From Actinomycetota bacterium (GTDB lineage: Bacteria > Actinomycetota > Coriobacteriia > Anaerosomatales > UBA912): a stretch of 64,000 bases of DNA. Below are positions 30,001 through 37,900 of the stretch, piece by piece. Each line of letters begins with the position of its first letter. Positions within the stretch are counted from its first letter, which is position 1. The position numbers and the translations under genes are program-made. The stretch lies in contig JAGXSC010000044.1 of NCBI GenBank assembly GCA_018334075.1, forward strand, positions 67,591 through 131,590, read 5' to 3'. Below the pieces are notes generated by a model that worked only from the letters and a program-made list of their open reading frames with translations, searched no databases and was not told the DNA's origin.

Positions 30001-30558
30001 CTAGACCTCCATGATCTCTTCGTCTTTGCGCTTTAGCGTCTCATCAATGCGAGAGATATGCGCATCGGTGGCCTTCTGAACTTCAGCTTCAGCGCGCTTG
30101 AGGTCGTCCTGACTTATTGCCCCCTCTTTTTCCAGGCGCTTGAGTTTCTCATTGGCTTCACGACGGACATTGCGGATCGCAACTCTTGCCTCCTCGGCAT
30201 ACCCCTTGCACAGCTTGACTAGATCGAGCCTTCGCTCTTCATTCAGTGCCGGGAATGGCACCCTGATGATATTTCCATCATTCGAAGGGTTCAAACCCAA
30301 GTCAGAAGAGATTATCGCCTTTTCGATCGGCCCCAACATGCTCTTATCCCAAGGCTCAATGACCAGGAGCTGGGGTTCTGGTGCCTTGATAGCTGCAATC
30401 TGCGCTAGCGGAGTAGCCACTCCGTAATACTCGACCGTGATTCTGTCAAAAACCATAGCCGAGGCTCGCCCGGTACGAACACTAGCAAACTCCTGGGCAA
30501 GGACAGATACACTCTTATCCATATGCTCGGAAGCGCTCTTTATAATCTCCGATATCAT
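30001..30558 (-). CDS. frr: Ribosome recycling factor
   Basis: 185 aa. Full-length RRF sequence in the conserved pyrH-frr pairing, with a 4-nt overlap. Confidence 0.95.
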   Translation of the reverse strand: MISEIIKSASEHMDKSVSVLAQEFASVRTGRASAMVFDRITVEYYGVATPLAQIAAIKAPEPQLLVIEPWDKSMLGPIEKAIISSDLGLNPSNDGNIIRVPFPALNEERRLDLVKLCKGYAEEARVAIRNVRREANEKLKRLEKEGAISQDDLKRAEAEVQKATDAHISRIDETLKRKDEEIMEV

Positions 30559-31280
30559 TTTTGCACCCCACTTATTATCGTGCCGACATCCTGGCCCATA
30601 AGTGCTCTTTCGATATTTCCCTCCACTTGCATATTGAAGATCAAAATGGGCAGATCATTATCCATACAAAGCGATATTGCGGTGGAGTCCATTACCTGAA
30701 GTCCCTGACTCAGCACGTCGATGTAGGAAAGCTGCTCGTAGCGCTCCGCATCAGGGTCGAGGAAGGGATCGGCACTGTAAACACCGTCAACTTTGGTGGC
30801 TTTCATGATGCAGTCGGCACCGATTTCCAAAGCGCGCAGCGCGGCCGTTGTGTCTGTCGTGAAATAAGGATTTCCGGTACCAGCAGCAAAAATTACTACA
30901 CGACCTTTTTCGATATGCCGAATCGCGCGTCGCCGGATGTATGGCTCAGCGAGAGCTTGCATCTCGATAGCGGTCATAACTCGTGTAAAAATGCCGTATC
31001 GCTCAAGGGCATCTTGAAGAGCAAGTGAGTTCATTACGGTAGCAAGCATCCCCATATAGTCTGCCTGAGCACGATCCATGCCTTTGGAGGATGCTGCTAA
31101 GCCCCGGAATATATTTCCGCCGCCCACAACAATCGAAACCTGAACACCTCTCTCAACTACAGGCTTGATCTGTTGGGCCAAGGACAAGAGAACCTCAGGA
31201 TCGATGCCATACACTGCATCTCCCATAAGAGCTTCTCCTGACAGTTTTAGCAGCACTCGATTGAATCGGTATTCGCCCAT
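30555..31280 (-). CDS. pyrH: UMP kinase
   Basis: [11 protein letters not shown] and [10 protein letters not shown] motifs. Start set at ATG 31280 (SD GAGGTGA 7 nt upstream). The track start 31313 is a TTG 11 codons further upstream. Confidence 0.93.
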   Translation of the reverse strand: MGEYRFNRVLLKLSGEALMGDAVYGIDPEVLLSLAQQIKPVVERGVQVSIVVGGGNIFRGLAASSKGMDRAQADYMGMLATVMNSLALQDALERYGIFTRVMTAIEMQALAEPYIRRRAIRHIEKGRVVIFAAGTGNPYFTTDTTAALRALEIGADCIMKATKVDGVYSADPFLDPDAERYEQLSYIDVLSQGLQVMDSTAISLCMDNDLPILIFNMQVEGNIERALMGQDVGTIISGVQK

Positions 31281-31330
31281 GCGTGCGTCACCTCGCTCAA
31301 GGTCAAAAGCCAAACAGGGATATTGCGTCT

Positions 31331-31387
31331 TTCGACAAAACAGAATACAACAACGCGGCTCAAAAGGTACGACCTCGAACCGCGTTG
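31331..31387 (-). terminator. Rho-independent terminator downstream of tsf
   Basis: The 8-bp outer stem CAACGCGG/CCGCGTTG (31351-31358 / 31380-31387) encloses an inner AGGT/ACCT stem. On the minus strand it is followed by TTGTATTCTGTTTTG. The hairpin starts about 30 nt after the tsf stop. Confidence 0.5.
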
Positions 31388-31417
31388 CTCATTAATACTT
31401 TCGCTTCCTATGCGTTA

Positions 31418-32308
31418 TCAAGAAGCTCCGCAATCGCCTAAAACGAAGCGCTCAAAACGCACAACCTGTGCAGACCCGCCGACGCCTTTTGCCACTGCTT
31501 CGACGTGTTTGCCAACAGTGAGAGAGTCATTTTTGACAAAGAGCTGCTCGAGCAAGGTGACCTCCTTGAAGAACTTCTCAAGACGTCCTTGCGCCATCTT
31601 TTCCTGAATTGCTTCGGGCTTCCCCGACTCTGCGGCCTGGGCCTTATAAATTGACAGCTCGTGCTCGATTGTTGAGCTAGAAACATCCTCACGGCCGACC
31701 GCATAGGGGGCAGCAGCAGCAATCTGCATAGCGACGTCTTTCCCAAGCTCAACAAACTCAGCCGAATTGGCCACATCAGCTGATGAAGCAGCAAGTTCAA
31801 CCATTACCCCGATGTTACCTACACCATGAATGTATATGGTGATAGCGCCAAATTCCGAGGAAAGACTGTATCGGCTGAATCTCGACACACTGATGTTCTC
31901 CCCAATGCGCCCCACTGTTTCGCCGAGAACAGCTTCGAACTTTTCAGGGCGATCGAGAAAGTTTTGGGACATGAGTTCGCTGATATCGGCCGGAGAAGCT
32001 TGCCCCACATGGGCCGCAACCTGATTTGCGAAACCCTTGAAGTCGGCGTTGCGGGCGACGAAGTCAGTCTCGCAGTTGACCTCTGCCAGTGCGGCGATAT
32101 TGCGTGAGTCACCTACCCAGCCAGCGATTACTCCCTCATTTGTCGCGCGGCTCGATTTTTTCGCGAGTGCAGCAAGTCCTTTCGTGCGCAGTAGATCTAC
32201 CGCAGCATCGATATCTCCACCTGCCTCCAGAAGCGCATTCTTGCAATCCATCATCCCTGCGCCGGTAGTCTCGCGAAGCTCCTTGACCATTTTTGCTGAT
32301 ATTTCCAT
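31418..32308 (-). CDS. tsf: Elongation factor Ts
   Basis: 296 aa. MVKELRETTGAGMMDCKNAL N-domain and EF-Ts core. Confidence 0.93.
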   Translation of the reverse strand: MEISAKMVKELRETTGAGMMDCKNALLEAGGDIDAAVDLLRTKGLAALAKKSSRATNEGVIAGWVGDSRNIAALAEVNCETDFVARNADFKGFANQVAAHVGQASPADISELMSQNFLDRPEKFEAVLGETVGRIGENISVSRFSRYSLSSEFGAITIYIHGVGNIGVMVELAASSADVANSAEFVELGKDVAMQIAAAAPYAVGREDVSSSTIEHELSIYKAQAAESGKPEAIQEKMAQGRLEKFFKEVTLLEQLFVKNDSLTVGKHVEAVAKGVGGSAQVVRFERFVLGDCGAS

Positions 32309-32364
32309 GACTCATCCATCCTTTGGCTTATTATGCCGCTGCCTGTCTGGCAATATCCGGGCGG

Positions 32365-33186
32365 CTACTGATCGTTTGGCTTTGTATCCGGGCCTTCTTT
32401 ATTTTCATCTGCTGCGACTTCAGCACTCTGCTCCACAAGTTCTTCGGCAGCTGCAATTTTTGGAACGATAGGCTCTGTTTTCGACTCGACTAGCGGACCC
32501 TCAAAAACGGCCCTTCCATCGAGCAGTCCATCTGCTATGACCCTGCACATAAGGGCGATCGATCTGATCGCGTCGTCATTGCCAGGGATCACGTAATCAA
32601 CCTCGTCTGGGTCACCATTTGTGTCAACCAGACCGATAATCGGGATTTTGAGGCGGCGAGCCTCGGCGACCGCAATCGCTTCGCGCTTTGTATCAACAAC
32701 AAATATCGCCGATGGCAACTGGGTCATGTTGCGTATTCCATCGAGATTCTGGCGCAAGCCGCCCAACTCTTTTCTTAGCAGCAGCTGCTCCTTTTTCAGG
32801 AGAGCAGCCATTCTGCCGTCCTCCTCCATCGACTCTAGCTCAACCATCCGCGCAATTCGCTTACGCATTGTTACAAAGTTTGTCAGCATTCCACCAAGCC
32901 AACGGTGATTGACATAGTACTGTCCGGCCCGTTCGGCTTCAGCCTGAATGGGCTCCTGGGCCTGTTTTTTGGTTCCGACAAAGAGAACCTTGCCGCCTTG
33001 TTTGGCGATCTCATAGACAAAACTTCTCGCAAGCTCCAACTCTTTGAGCGTGCGCTGGAGATCAAGGATGTAGATCCCGCTGCGCTCTGTGAAGATGTAT
33101 GGCTTCATCTTCGGGTTCCACCTGCGAGTTTGGTGACCAAAGTGGACTCCGGCCTCGAGCAGGCTCTTGATTGATACTACTGGCAT
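32365..33186 (-). CDS. rpsB: 30S ribosomal protein S2
   Basis: 273 aa. [23 protein letters not shown], with an acidic C-terminal tail. Confidence 0.95.
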   Translation of the reverse strand: MPVVSIKSLLEAGVHFGHQTRRWNPKMKPYIFTERSGIYILDLQRTLKELELARSFVYEIAKQGGKVLFVGTKKQAQEPIQAEAERAGQYYVNHRWLGGMLTNFVTMRKRIARMVELESMEEDGRMAALLKKEQLLLRKELGGLRQNLDGIRNMTQLPSAIFVVDTKREAIAVAEARRLKIPIIGLVDTNGDPDEVDYVIPGNDDAIRSIALMCRVIADGLLDGRAVFEGPLVESKTEPIVPKIAAAEELVEQSAEVAADENKEGPDTKPNDQ

Positions 33187-33241
33187 TCTATTACCTCCTG
33201 TTTGGGTTAGCCCTCCGCATGCGTCATTTCCCGGGTGCGAC

Positions 33242-33261
33242 CAGATCGCTACCGCGATCTG
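33242..33261 (-). promoter_or_regulatory. Perfect 8-bp hairpin in the rpsB 5' leader (part of a larger possible structured leader)
   Basis: CAGATCGC-GGTA-GCGATCTG on the minus strand. It is flanked by two copies of the self-complementary CGCATGC, which could close a ~75-nt domain. A candidate extended -10 TGTTAGACT lies at 33310-33318. Confidence 0.3.
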
Positions 33262-33343
33262 ACACCTTGCACCGCAGGATCGGCATGCGTGCGTAATTAA
33301 AGCCCGAGCAGTCTAACACATCCAGGACATAGGCACACAACTA

Positions 33344-33934
33344 TTACGTAGATCCCTTACCGCACATTTCGCAGATTAGATGTGCCTCGAACCAACCGGG
33401 TCGCTTGCTGTTTGGAACTAACTCCAGGAAGTACTCAGCCTCACATGCAGGACACCAAAAACGCCTGCGTAATCCGTTTTCCGAGATAAATCTTTCTACA
33501 TCTCCCTCGCGGTCGCGAATGCGCAGGCGGTAACTGGTTGCAAGGTTCGCACGGTTGGCCGCATGATCGAGAACCAGTGCGATTTTCTCTACAACATCCG
33601 CAGGCTTGGCTTCATTCTTTACCAAATAATCTACTGCTCCGAGCTGCAGGCCGCGCTCAATATCGGCCTCCTGCCCGAGGTTACTCAAAACGATAACGGG
33701 AATGTCTTGTGTGCGCGGGTCGGCCTTTATTGCTTCCATCGCCTCAAGGCCGCTCATAACTGGCATGATCAAATCCAGCAATATTAGATCGATCGCCTCA
33801 GCTCTAAGTTGACTTAGTGCCTCAAGGCCATTCGATGCAACGTGTACCTGGTATCCCTCCTGTGCCAGTTTATCCGCATATATCTTTCTAATCAGATCGG
33901 TATCTTCGACTATCAGTACTGAGTGAGATGCCAT
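33344..33934 (-). CDS. Orphan response-regulator receiver (REC) protein with unassigned C-terminal CxxC...CxxC domain
   Basis: 196 aa. Complete REC domain (VEDTD acidic pocket, phospho-acceptor Asp in LILLDLIMP, VIVLSN, DYLVKNE Lys), followed by a ~70-aa tail with WCPAC and ICEMC. SD GAGAGGA lies 7 nt upstream. The start is 18 nt after the sigma gene stop. Confidence 0.75.
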   Translation of the reverse strand: MASHSVLIVEDTDLIRKIYADKLAQEGYQVHVASNGLEALSQLRAEAIDLILLDLIMPVMSGLEAMEAIKADPRTQDIPVIVLSNLGQEADIERGLQLGAVDYLVKNEAKPADVVEKIALVLDHAANRANLATSYRLRIRDREGDVERFISENGLRRRFWCPACEAEYFLELVPNSKRPGWFEAHLICEMCGKGST

Positions 33935-33952
33935 GTGATGATCCTCTCTAGG

Positions 33953-34768
33953 TCATATTAGCCCGGAAGCATGGTGAAGTTTGGAGCGAAGTCTCAGAAC
34001 CGCCCTAGTGTGAAGCTGACTGATTCGAGACTCAGTCACACCCAACACCTGCCCAATTTCCTTGAGGGTTAGGCCCTCGTAGTAGTAGAGGGCAATAACA
34101 ACTCTTTCCCGTTCGGGGAGTCTTTCTATTGCATCTGTCAAAATCTCTCTAACTTCCGTGCTTTCGAAGACTGCAACTGGATCCTCTGCGGAAATATCAG
34201 CTATGGAGCCAGCCGCGTCACCACTGTCATCTCTGCCTGGATTAGCCCAAAACTCTTCAAAATATACAACTGAGGTATAACTCAACTTTGTGAAAATCAA
34301 GTGAAGTTCTTTGACAGATATACCTAATTTTTCAGCCACTTCACTATCATTTGGAGCTCGTTGCAATGTGTTTTCGAGAACGAAATACGCATTTTCAAGC
34401 TCCTTGGCCTTGGCTCTCAAGGAGCGTGGAACCCAATCCATAGCTCTAAGCTCATCTATGATTGCTCCCTTGATGCGAGCAATCGCGTATGTTTCAAACT
34501 TTATTCCGCGCTGTGGGTCGAATTTCTCGATCGCATCGATCAATCCAAAGATTCCATAGCTGATCAAATCACCTATATCAACGCTGTTTGGAAGACCCGA
34601 AGACACTCTTCCGGCCACATATTTTACAAGGGGAGAATAGTTCAAAATGAGTTTTTCTCTAGACCCAACACAACCCTTGTCTTTGAACGCATGCCACAAA
34701 GCCTCAATGTCAGACGAAGATTCGACTCTCATGTACTCGGCCCCTAGCGGGTATCTGGTATCAGGCAC
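33953..34768 (-). CDS. whiG: RNA polymerase sigma factor, FliA/WhiG/SigD (sigma-28) family
   Basis: 271 aa. LILNYSPLVKYVAGRV, FGLIDAIEKFDP, KFETYAIARIKGAIIDELRAMDWVPRS and LYYYEGLTLKEIGQVLGVTESRISQLH closely parallel Streptomyces WhiG as I recall it. GTG start at 34768 (8-nt overlap with the xerC stop), or ATG at 34732. Confidence 0.85.
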   Translation of the reverse strand: MPDTRYPLGAEYMRVESSSDIEALWHAFKDKGCVGSREKLILNYSPLVKYVAGRVSSGLPNSVDIGDLISYGIFGLIDAIEKFDPQRGIKFETYAIARIKGAIIDELRAMDWVPRSLRAKAKELENAYFVLENTLQRAPNDSEVAEKLGISVKELHLIFTKLSYTSVVYFEEFWANPGRDDSGDAAGSIADISAEDPVAVFESTEVREILTDAIERLPERERVVIALYYYEGLTLKEIGQVLGVTESRISQLHTRAVLRLRSKLHHASGLI

Positions 34769-35654
34769 GCGGATGTGAAGTATTGTGTACTTCTTTTAGT
34801 CTTTTTCTGCCGACGTGAGTATAAATCTGTGTTGTGGACAGTGCAACGTGGCCGAGAAGCTCTTGAATCGTGCGAAGATCCGCGCCATTACTAAGCAGGT
34901 GTGTAGCAAAGGTGTGGCGAATCACATGTGGTGTTATTCCAGCTATATTCGCGCACTGACGAAATGCTGTTTGCATGCATACTCTGACCGAGTTACTGGA
35001 AAGACGATTACCCCGCTTGCTCAAGAAAAGTGCTTGAGTAAGATTCTGTTTGAGCAGGCGTGGACGCGAAAACTGTAGGTAATGAGAGATTCGGAGTCCC
35101 GCATATTGATGGAAGGGCACAATCCTCTCCCGTGACCCTTTTCCTAAAACCCTAATATAGCCTTCCTTCAGGTCAACGTCGGCTACATTGAGTCCTGTAA
35201 GTTCGGAAACCCTAATACCGGTTGCATAGAGCAATTCAATAATAGCGGCGTTCCGTGATCCAAGGATTGTCGAGTCGTCAAATACAGACAGCAGAACGGT
35301 AAGCGCGTCGCTGGGAACGGTTTTTGGCAGCACCTTGCTAAGCTTCGGCGTGTTCATTATCTCCGCTGGATTCTCTCGAATTACATTTTCTAGTTGAAGA
35401 AACTTGAAGAATGACCTCACGGCTGAAAATCGGCGAGCAATTGTTGTTCTGGCGTACCGAGCATGGTGCAGGCTTGAAAGGTACTGCCGTAGTTGCTGAT
35501 GAGAAGGCCTGATGGAGTCAACGCCGTGCGCGTTGGCCCAACGTTGGTAGTCTGCCAAATCGGATGCGTAGGCTTTAACGGTGTTCTCTGACAAACGCCT
35601 ATGCTCGGAGATGTTAGTGAGAAAGCTATCAAGCAGGCGCTCAGCCTCATTCAT
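34761..35654 (-). CDS. xerC: Tyrosine recombinase XerC/CodV-type
   Basis: N-terminal SAM-like core-binding domain (LSENTVKAYASDL) and catalytic R...HxxR...Y residues (ATGIRVSEL, HVIRHTFATH, TQIYTHV). Start set at ATG 35654 (8-nt overlap with the trmFO stop). The upstream 61 codons of the track ORF lie inside trmFO. Confidence 0.85.
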   Translation of the reverse strand: MNEAERLLDSFLTNISEHRRLSENTVKAYASDLADYQRWANAHGVDSIRPSHQQLRQYLSSLHHARYARTTIARRFSAVRSFFKFLQLENVIRENPAEIMNTPKLSKVLPKTVPSDALTVLLSVFDDSTILGSRNAAIIELLYATGIRVSELTGLNVADVDLKEGYIRVLGKGSRERIVPFHQYAGLRISHYLQFSRPRLLKQNLTQALFLSKRGNRLSSNSVRVCMQTAFRQCANIAGITPHVIRHTFATHLLSNGADLRTIQELLGHVALSTTQIYTHVGRKRLKEVHNTSHPRA

Positions 35655-37008
35655 CGGAGTCAACTTTGAGCATCGGGTGGGACATGGTGTATTGCTTCGC
35701 TGATTCAACTGCCCGCAGACCATAGGCTTTGTAGCGCTCCCGCTTCGATCTAACGTGCGGATCCAGAGGCGGAACGAGTCCCCAGTTGACGTGCATGGGT
35801 TGGTAGTTGGTGGTTGCTGAGCTGGATGCATACTCAATGAGCGAGCCTAACGCAGTCTCTCTCGGCATAACGAAGGAAGGGTAGCCTTCGAGATCACAAG
35901 CAGCATTAATCGCTGCGATCATACCTCCGGCGATCGCCTCTGCATATCCTTCGGTTCCGACAAGCTGACCGGCCAGGCGAATATTTGGGTAAGCGCGCAG
36001 TGCTAGAGTAGAGTCGACCAAACTGGGAGAGTCGATAAAGGTGTTGCGATGCATGACACCTAGGCGAAAGTATTCAACATGCGCAAGCGCCGGAATGAGG
36101 GAAAAGACTCTTTTTTGCTCAGAAAATGTTAGGTTTGTTTGAAACCCGACCAAGTTATACGCACTTCTCTCAAGATTTTCGGATCTTAGTTGGAGTACTG
36201 CCCATGGCCTCAGTCCCGTTCGAGGATCAGTGAGGCCCACGGGCTTCATGGGGCCAAACCTGAGCGCATCATGCCCCTTGCGAGCGATTTCTTCAATTGG
36301 CTGACATGCGCAGAACAGTTCAGAGGATTCAAATTTCTTAGGGATAGATCGTTTTGCCGCCACTAATTCATTGACGAAAACATCATATTCGTCGCGGGAT
36401 AGAGGGCAGTTCAAGTAGTCGGTCGGATTCCCCTTATCGTACCTTGCCTGGAAAAATGCCCTGGAAGTATCGATAGTCGCGGAATCGATAATCGGGGCAG
36501 CTGCATCGAAGAAGGCAAGTCTGCTATCACCCACATATTCAGATAGCGAGGCCGCAAGTGAATCGCTGGTCAAAGGTCCGGTTGCAACGATACAAACTCC
36601 ATCAGGAATTACGGTGGCCTCTTCCCTGATCAGCGTGACCATCGAGTGACTCTCTATCATCTGCGTAACGCGGCTTGAGAAGCTCGTGCGGTTCACGGCG
36701 AGAGCTCCTCCAGCTGGAACCGAGCACTCAATTGCGGTTTTGAGTAGCGATGAGCCTAGTAGGGTAAGCTCTTTTTTAAGCGCACCGGCAGCTGTATCAG
36801 GATCGACACTTTTCAGTGAGTTCGAGCATACCAGCTCCGCCAAGTCATCACTGTGGTGCGCAGGGCTGCGACGGCTAGGTCGCATCTCATACAGTTCAAC
36901 AGCTATTCCGCGGTTCGCCAGCTGAAGAGCTGCTTCGGAGCCAGCCAAGCCGCCGCCGAGAACGGAAACACGGCGCACATGGTTTTCTGATTGATAATGA
37001 AAAGGCAT
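35647..37008 (-). CDS. trmFO: Methylenetetrahydrofolate--tRNA-(uracil54-C5)-methyltransferase TrmFO (Gid)
   Basis: VLGGGLAGSEAA FAD motif and full-length similarity to TrmFO. The start is ambiguous (GTG 37092, ATG 37068, ATG 37008). I chose 37008 because it does not overlap dprA. Confidence 0.88.
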   Translation of the reverse strand: MPFHYQSENHVRRVSVLGGGLAGSEAALQLANRGIAVELYEMRPSRRSPAHHSDDLAELVCSNSLKSVDPDTAAGALKKELTLLGSSLLKTAIECSVPAGGALAVNRTSFSSRVTQMIESHSMVTLIREEATVIPDGVCIVATGPLTSDSLAASLSEYVGDSRLAFFDAAAPIIDSATIDTSRAFFQARYDKGNPTDYLNCPLSRDEYDVFVNELVAAKRSIPKKFESSELFCACQPIEEIARKGHDALRFGPMKPVGLTDPRTGLRPWAVLQLRSENLERSAYNLVGFQTNLTFSEQKRVFSLIPALAHVEYFRLGVMHRNTFIDSPSLVDSTLALRAYPNIRLAGQLVGTEGYAEAIAGGMIAAINAACDLEGYPSFVMPRETALGSLIEYASSSATTNYQPMHVNWGLVPPLDPHVRSKRERYKAYGLRAVESAKQYTMSHPMLKVDSDE

Positions 37009-37045
37009 GTCGATGATTGTACTACTCTTGGGAATTTGTAGCCGA

Positions 37046-37900
37046 TTATCCTGGACCGTATCTTCCATCGCTGTAACGCCGGACTGTCCCACTCTCCTCT
37101 AGCTCGCTCAGGCGTCTTGCAACGGACACAATATCCATACCAAGTGAGTGTGCCAAATCATCGGGGCGCATCGCTTGCGCAAGCAACGCTAGGCGCACAG
37201 GGTCATCTTCATCCGCAGATCCGGATGCTTCATGGGATGATAATGTGATAGGTGCACCAAGCCATCCAGCCAACTCACTGATATCGCAGACGGGTACCGC
37301 TCCCTGTGCAAGGAGCCTGTTGCAACCCCTGGAGGTGGGTGAAAATATTGAGCCAGGCACCACAAAAACTTGTCCACTACCGTTAAGTTTGTAGTCAACC
37401 GTCGAAAACGTACCTGATGGCAGTGCGGCCTCGGCAACTAGCAGATGATCTGATATTGCCGCAATAATTCGATTTCTAAGGCGGAAAGTCCACTTTGCCG
37501 GCCTCATGCCCCAAGGGCACTCCGAAATTACTAAGTGCTTCAGGCGAATCTCATCCAACAGTGTGATTGCACTCGAGGGATAGCTCACATCACAACCGCA
37601 TCCGAGAACTGCAATGGTCTTACCCCCGCACTCGATTGCTGCTCGATGTGCCACTTGATCGCAGCCGATTGCTGCACCTGAAACCACAGTGTATCCGTTG
37701 CTTGCGCTCCACTCGGAAAACATTCTCGTAGCTTTGATTCCATATGGCGTAGCCTTGCGCGCTCCGATTATCCCTATTGTTGGAGTTTCCAATAGGTCCT
37801 GCTTCCCTATTCCGAAGATTGTTTTCGGTGGATCAACACAGTTCAACCTCAATTTCTCAGGACAATTCGGGGATGACAGATCAATTTCAAACCTTTTCAA
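37046..37900 (-). CDS. dprA: DNA-processing protein DprA (Smf)
   Basis: 284 aa. Rossmann-like DprA domain (IGIIGARKATPYG, SGAAIGCD) plus a C-terminal wHTH-like region. 4-nt overlap with the comM stop. Confidence 0.88.
   Translation of the reverse strand: MKRFEIDLSSPNCPEKLRLNCVDPPKTIFGIGKQDLLETPTIGIIGARKATPYGIKATRMFSEWSASNGYTVVSGAAIGCDQVAHRAAIECGGKTIAVLGCGCDVSYPSSAITLLDEIRLKHLVISECPWGMRPAKWTFRLRNRIIAAISDHLLVAEAALPSGTFSTVDYKLNGSGQVFVVPGSIFSPTSRGCNRLLAQGAVPVCDISELAGWLGAPITLSSHEASGSADEDDPVRLALLAQAMRPDDLAHSLGMDIVSVARRLSELEESGTVRRYSDGRYGPG

Noticed and set aside
33344-33385. AHLICEMC at the C-terminus of the REC protein as a zinc-anti-sigma (ZAS) motif
   Set aside because: The ZAS signature is H-x3-C-x2-C, whereas this is H-x2-C-x2-C, and the rest of the anti-sigma domain is not recognisable. 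I kept it only as a generic Cys4 observation and did not call it a ZAS.
34761-35654. Tyrosine recombinase as a possible integrase marking a genomic island, given the low-GC surroundings and the nearby pgaCD
   Set aside because: It has XerC/CodV architecture and sits in the conserved trmFO-xerC position known from B. subtilis (trmFO-codV). I saw no att-like direct repeats or phage/ICE genes, and pgaCD is 6 kb away, separated by housekeeping genes.
35655-35837. N-terminal 61-codon extension of the xerC ORF; similar 5' extensions occur on truB (16699-16806), fabH (58508-58633), rnc (52337-52393) and acpP (54800-54844)
   Set aside because: The extensions lie inside the preceding genes and have no homology to the respective families. 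Internal ATG/GTG starts with stop/start overlaps or SD sequences give canonical N-termini.
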